This document shows positions 44,501 to 64,000 of a stretch of DNA of 64,000 bases, in pieces; position 1 is the stretch's first letter; every line of letters starts with the position of its first letter. The stretch lies in NCBI RefSeq assembly GCF_000315625.1, contig NW_005434470.1:1-64000 (forward strand), read 5' to 3'. Origin of the DNA: Guillardia theta CCMP2712 (taxonomy: Eukaryota; Protista; Cryptophyta). Position numbers and translations under genes: made by a program. The notes beneath the pieces are model-generated. The model was not told where the DNA came from, did no database searches, and saw nothing but the letters and a program-made list of their open reading frames with translations.

Positions 44501-45348
44501 GGTTAATATATCGTAGTCTGCAAGAAAAGAAGTGTGGTAGACATTCCATGAAGGAAAGGTCAGTGAAACAGAATATATCAATGAAATTTCAATATTATAA
44601 GAACAATTTTTAACTTAGAATGACCCCATGAAACCTGTCCGCCATCGGTGCCAGTTTGTAGGCGACAATAGCAGGAAGCTGGGGGCGAGAGAGGAGGGGA
44701 GGAGTGGGCGGGGTGTGGTGGGGCATGGCGGGAGAGGGAAGGAGACTGAGAGATGCAAGGAGCTTGCAAGGTTGGAACATGATGGATTCGGGTAGATGTT
44801 ATCTCCATTCAGCCCAGATGGTGAACTGCGATTTTGGGGATGGAACAAGAGAGGAGGAAAGCAAGAAGTAGAGTCGAACATTGCAGAAAAAAAAGATGCC
44901 CAAGACATAAGTGGCTGAGGTTAAAGGAGTAGAGACAAAGGCTGGATGCTCAAACCGCGAGAGGTCATGGGGAGTGCAACACTCGTTTGCGTATGCAGTT
45001 ATGCCACTTGTGGAAGAAAGTAGGGAGAGGAGGGGAGAGGAGTGGAGACAGAGTGGAAGGAAGAAAGAGAAGGAGAAGGAAGGAGAGGGAAAGGCCGAGG
45101 GAGACGGGCAAGAAGGGGAGATGTAAAGTGGTTTGAGCGGGGTGGTGGTGGCGGGACAAATGAGAGGGAGATATCTTCAAAGCTTCAAGGCTGTAACCTG
45201 CCTCACATTGCTTGTTCTAGGCGTACAAATGTGTCTTGTCGCACCCGATCGCATGACAGAATTGTAACAGTTACCTACGATCTTGGTTGCGCTCGTCTTT
45301 GATTCACTTCGGCACATTTTGTCCATAATTTAATCGAGCAAACGAAAG

Positions 45349-61440
<16,092 letters not shown>

Positions 61441-61555
61441 CCCTCCTTTCCCCCCTTCTCTCCCTCTCATTTCCTCACCACTTTCGTTCCCCCTCCCTCG
61501 CCCCTTCCTCTCTCTCTCTCTCTCCTCCCTCACTCCTCCCTCTCTCCCTCCTCTC

Positions 61556-62080
61556 NNNNNNNNNNNNNNNNNNNNNNNNNNNNNNNNNNNNNNNNNNNNN
61601 NNNNNNNNNNNNNNNNNNNNNNNNNNNNNNNNNNNNNNNNNNNNNNNNNNNNNNNNNNNNNNNNNNNNNNNNNNNNNNNNNNNNNNNNNNNNNNNNNNNN
61701 NNNNNNNNNNNNNNNNNNNNNNNNNNNNNNNNNNNNNNNNNNNNNNNNNNNNNNNNNNNNNNNNNNNNNNNNNNNNNNNNNNNNNNNNNNNNNNNNNNNN
61801 NNNNNNNNNNNNNNNNNNNNNNNNNNNNNNNNNNNNNNNNNNNNNNNNNNNNNNNNNNNNNNNNNNNNNNNNNNNNNNNNNNNNNNNNNNNNNNNNNNNN
61901 NNNNNNNNNNNNNNNNNNNNNNNNNNNNNNNNNNNNNNNNNNNNNNNNNNNNNNNNNNNNNNNNNNNNNNNNNNNNNNNNNNNNNNNNNNNNNNNNNNNN
62001 NNNNNNNNNNNNNNNNNNNNNNNNNNNNNNNNNNNNNNNNNNNNNNNNNNNNNNNNNNNNNNNNNNNNNNNNNNNNNNNN
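61556..62080. other. Assembly gap (N run)
   Basis: n characters. Confidence 1.
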
Positions 62081-64000
62081 TGCCTCCCCCAACCCTTCTC
62101 CCTCTACCTCCCGCCGTCGCCCCCCAACCCCCACCCCCTCCCCTCCCCGCCTCGTCGCCTCCTCCCCTCCCAGCTCCTGTTCTTCTCGATCTCCCGCACT
62201 GCGGCTACTCGTCTCCCTCCCTCGCCCCCCCCTCACGTCATACTCCTTGTGCTGCCCGACTTACCCTGTAAAGGTGTAAAAGACTTTGACCCCTTCACTC
62301 CACCCCCACCCACTTTTCAGTTGTTTCAATGACCCGTACTCAAATTTTGATGTTTGCTATGTTAACTGGTACCTTCTGACCCTCTTGAGGCAGTAGCAGA
62401 TAAAATATTTATAATTCTCAATGGTACCTTCTGACCCCTTCGTGCCGGTTCAAAGAAATCTAAATTCAAAACGATTTTCTAATATTAGATACCTTTTCAT
62501 ATCTTTGTAACAGACTGGAGCTGCATCAGTACAGATTAAAACCATAAATAAAATTTAACAAAGTTGTTCTGGACATGATGACTCCGGCCAAGATTTCAAC
62601 CCTACCGTTACGCTGACAACAGTTTCAGTTACACTTTCCCCAAGACGGCAGCGGTACCAGGAGATCCGTTTTTAAAAACATTTTATAAATATTGCAATAC
62701 TAATTATTCAGTCAACTTATGTGTCCGAGCGTGACAGTTTCATCCGTGATTAGCGGGGGGGGGGGGGGGGGGGTGATATGAGTCACAGACCAGTACGAGG
62801 GGTACTTGTCACAGGTACCAAAGGGGGATATACACCGGTCATGTCCAGGGGTGCGAGGGTGGTTTTTCACGTGCGCCGTGTGGCGGCCGACTTTCTTGGT
62901 TAAAAAAAAGAATCGAACATGATACTTTTCGGGCATGTTGTTCTGACCCCTTACAGACTGGCCCTCCCTTTTCCTTCCCCCCTCCTCCCTCCCCCCTCCC
63001 TTCTTTTTCCAGCGCCCCCCTCGACCTCTAGTTCCAGTCCTCTTCGCTGTCTGCATCCTTAGCTCCTGATACATCTACTCTCTATCAAACTTCGAGAAGT
63101 CATCAGCGTTCACTTCCCGTGCTTCTTCAAAGTGTTGCGAGAGATTTTAGTCCACCAGCCCCATCCTCCCCATCCCCGTACTCCTCTTGCTGGAGCCTTT
63201 GAGTCTTGACGTTATCCTTGAGACACTCTTGACTGTTTCATTCATGATGTGCTCCTTGTTAAGACCTAGATTTCTTGGATTCTACAACACCCAACCCGCA
63301 CCTAGAGGTTGGTGGTCGATGCCACAAGAACCATGTTAGGTTTCACCTCGTCACATTTAGGAGACTGTTTACCTCAACTTCATGCGATAGGACAAGAGAA
63401 GGAAAGACTGTATCATAGCTCATGTACATTGTTGTCTTCTGATGTTGCTACTTTCTCTCTTCGCTCCGGTTTGTCGTGCTTACATGGCCCCTTCGTTCAA
63501 AGCAAGATGGCAACTTGAGTAGAGCAACTGGCCAACATGAAGAACGACAATCTCGACGAGTATGACAAGAAAGTAGGATCTTTTTTTTGACGAATGCTTG
63601 CATGTCATGTTTGTTTACCAGGAGCAATCGGAGCAAGCTTTCATAGGGTATGAAGGTGTAGATGCTGCAATGCTGGTTTGTTGTGCATACTGTTTGTTAT
63701 GACATTTTGCACAGAGCAATCAAGATATCTTTACTCGTTTGAGGGGCCACAAGTATCGCCATCCCTGGCTTTGAGCGATAATGACAGGTGAGAATGGTGC
63801 ATAGAAATGATGAGCATGAACATGCTGAGCTTGTGGGTATCAGGAGCGCGATCATGGCGCAGCCAACTAGTCATCCTCATCAGCCATCTGCTGTGCAGGT
63901 CGATCATACTTGTGTCATGTTCAACCATTGAGAGTCTGATCTGGCATCGGTTCAGTATTGCTCGCTGACGGAAGTAATCACCTCCGGGTTTCCTAATGTT

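Noticed and set aside
63100-64000. Possible exons at the window end
   Set aside because: No identifiable domain or consistent frame within the window.

Overview
Eukaryotic nuclear DNA, not prokaryotic. It has many short (~50-100 nt) GT-AG introns, abundant microsatellites and two assembly gaps. A plastid-type bipartite leader (SSA|F), expanded SHAQKYF-MYB and RWP-RK families and the intron style suggest an alga with a red secondary plastid, most likely a cryptophyte of the Guillardia/Hanusia type (inference). Genes I can support by manual splicing or translation: four intronless SHAQKYF-class MYB factors (two are a recent segmental duplication); a two-RRM Gbp/hnRNP-M-like protein; a long coiled-coil gene; a PITH-domain protein; a YciI-like protein; a D27-like beta-carotene isomerase; two RWP-RK factors (one frameshifted); a DUF2431/Bmt5-like protein; an intronless R-S-E ADP-ribosyltransferase with a tandem unknown domain, set head-to-head with an intronless polytopic C-type-lectin membrane protein; and a ~16 kb multi-exon secreted or membrane protein with PA, Cys-rich and S41-peptidase-like domains. 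The most striking hidden signal only becomes clear after splicing. Three unrelated genes (RRM, PITH, YciI) have N-terminal leaders ending in the ubiquitin C-terminal motif (R/H)LRGG just before the mature region, which suggests a deubiquitinase-like leader-processing or targeting system. Intergenic DNA carries two stereotyped motif-built repeat classes (GGGTA-rich and CCGG/GTACCGTAC/TGACTC-rich) and a conserved ~44-bp element. Exon boundaries were inferred by eye and need RNA-seq confirmation.
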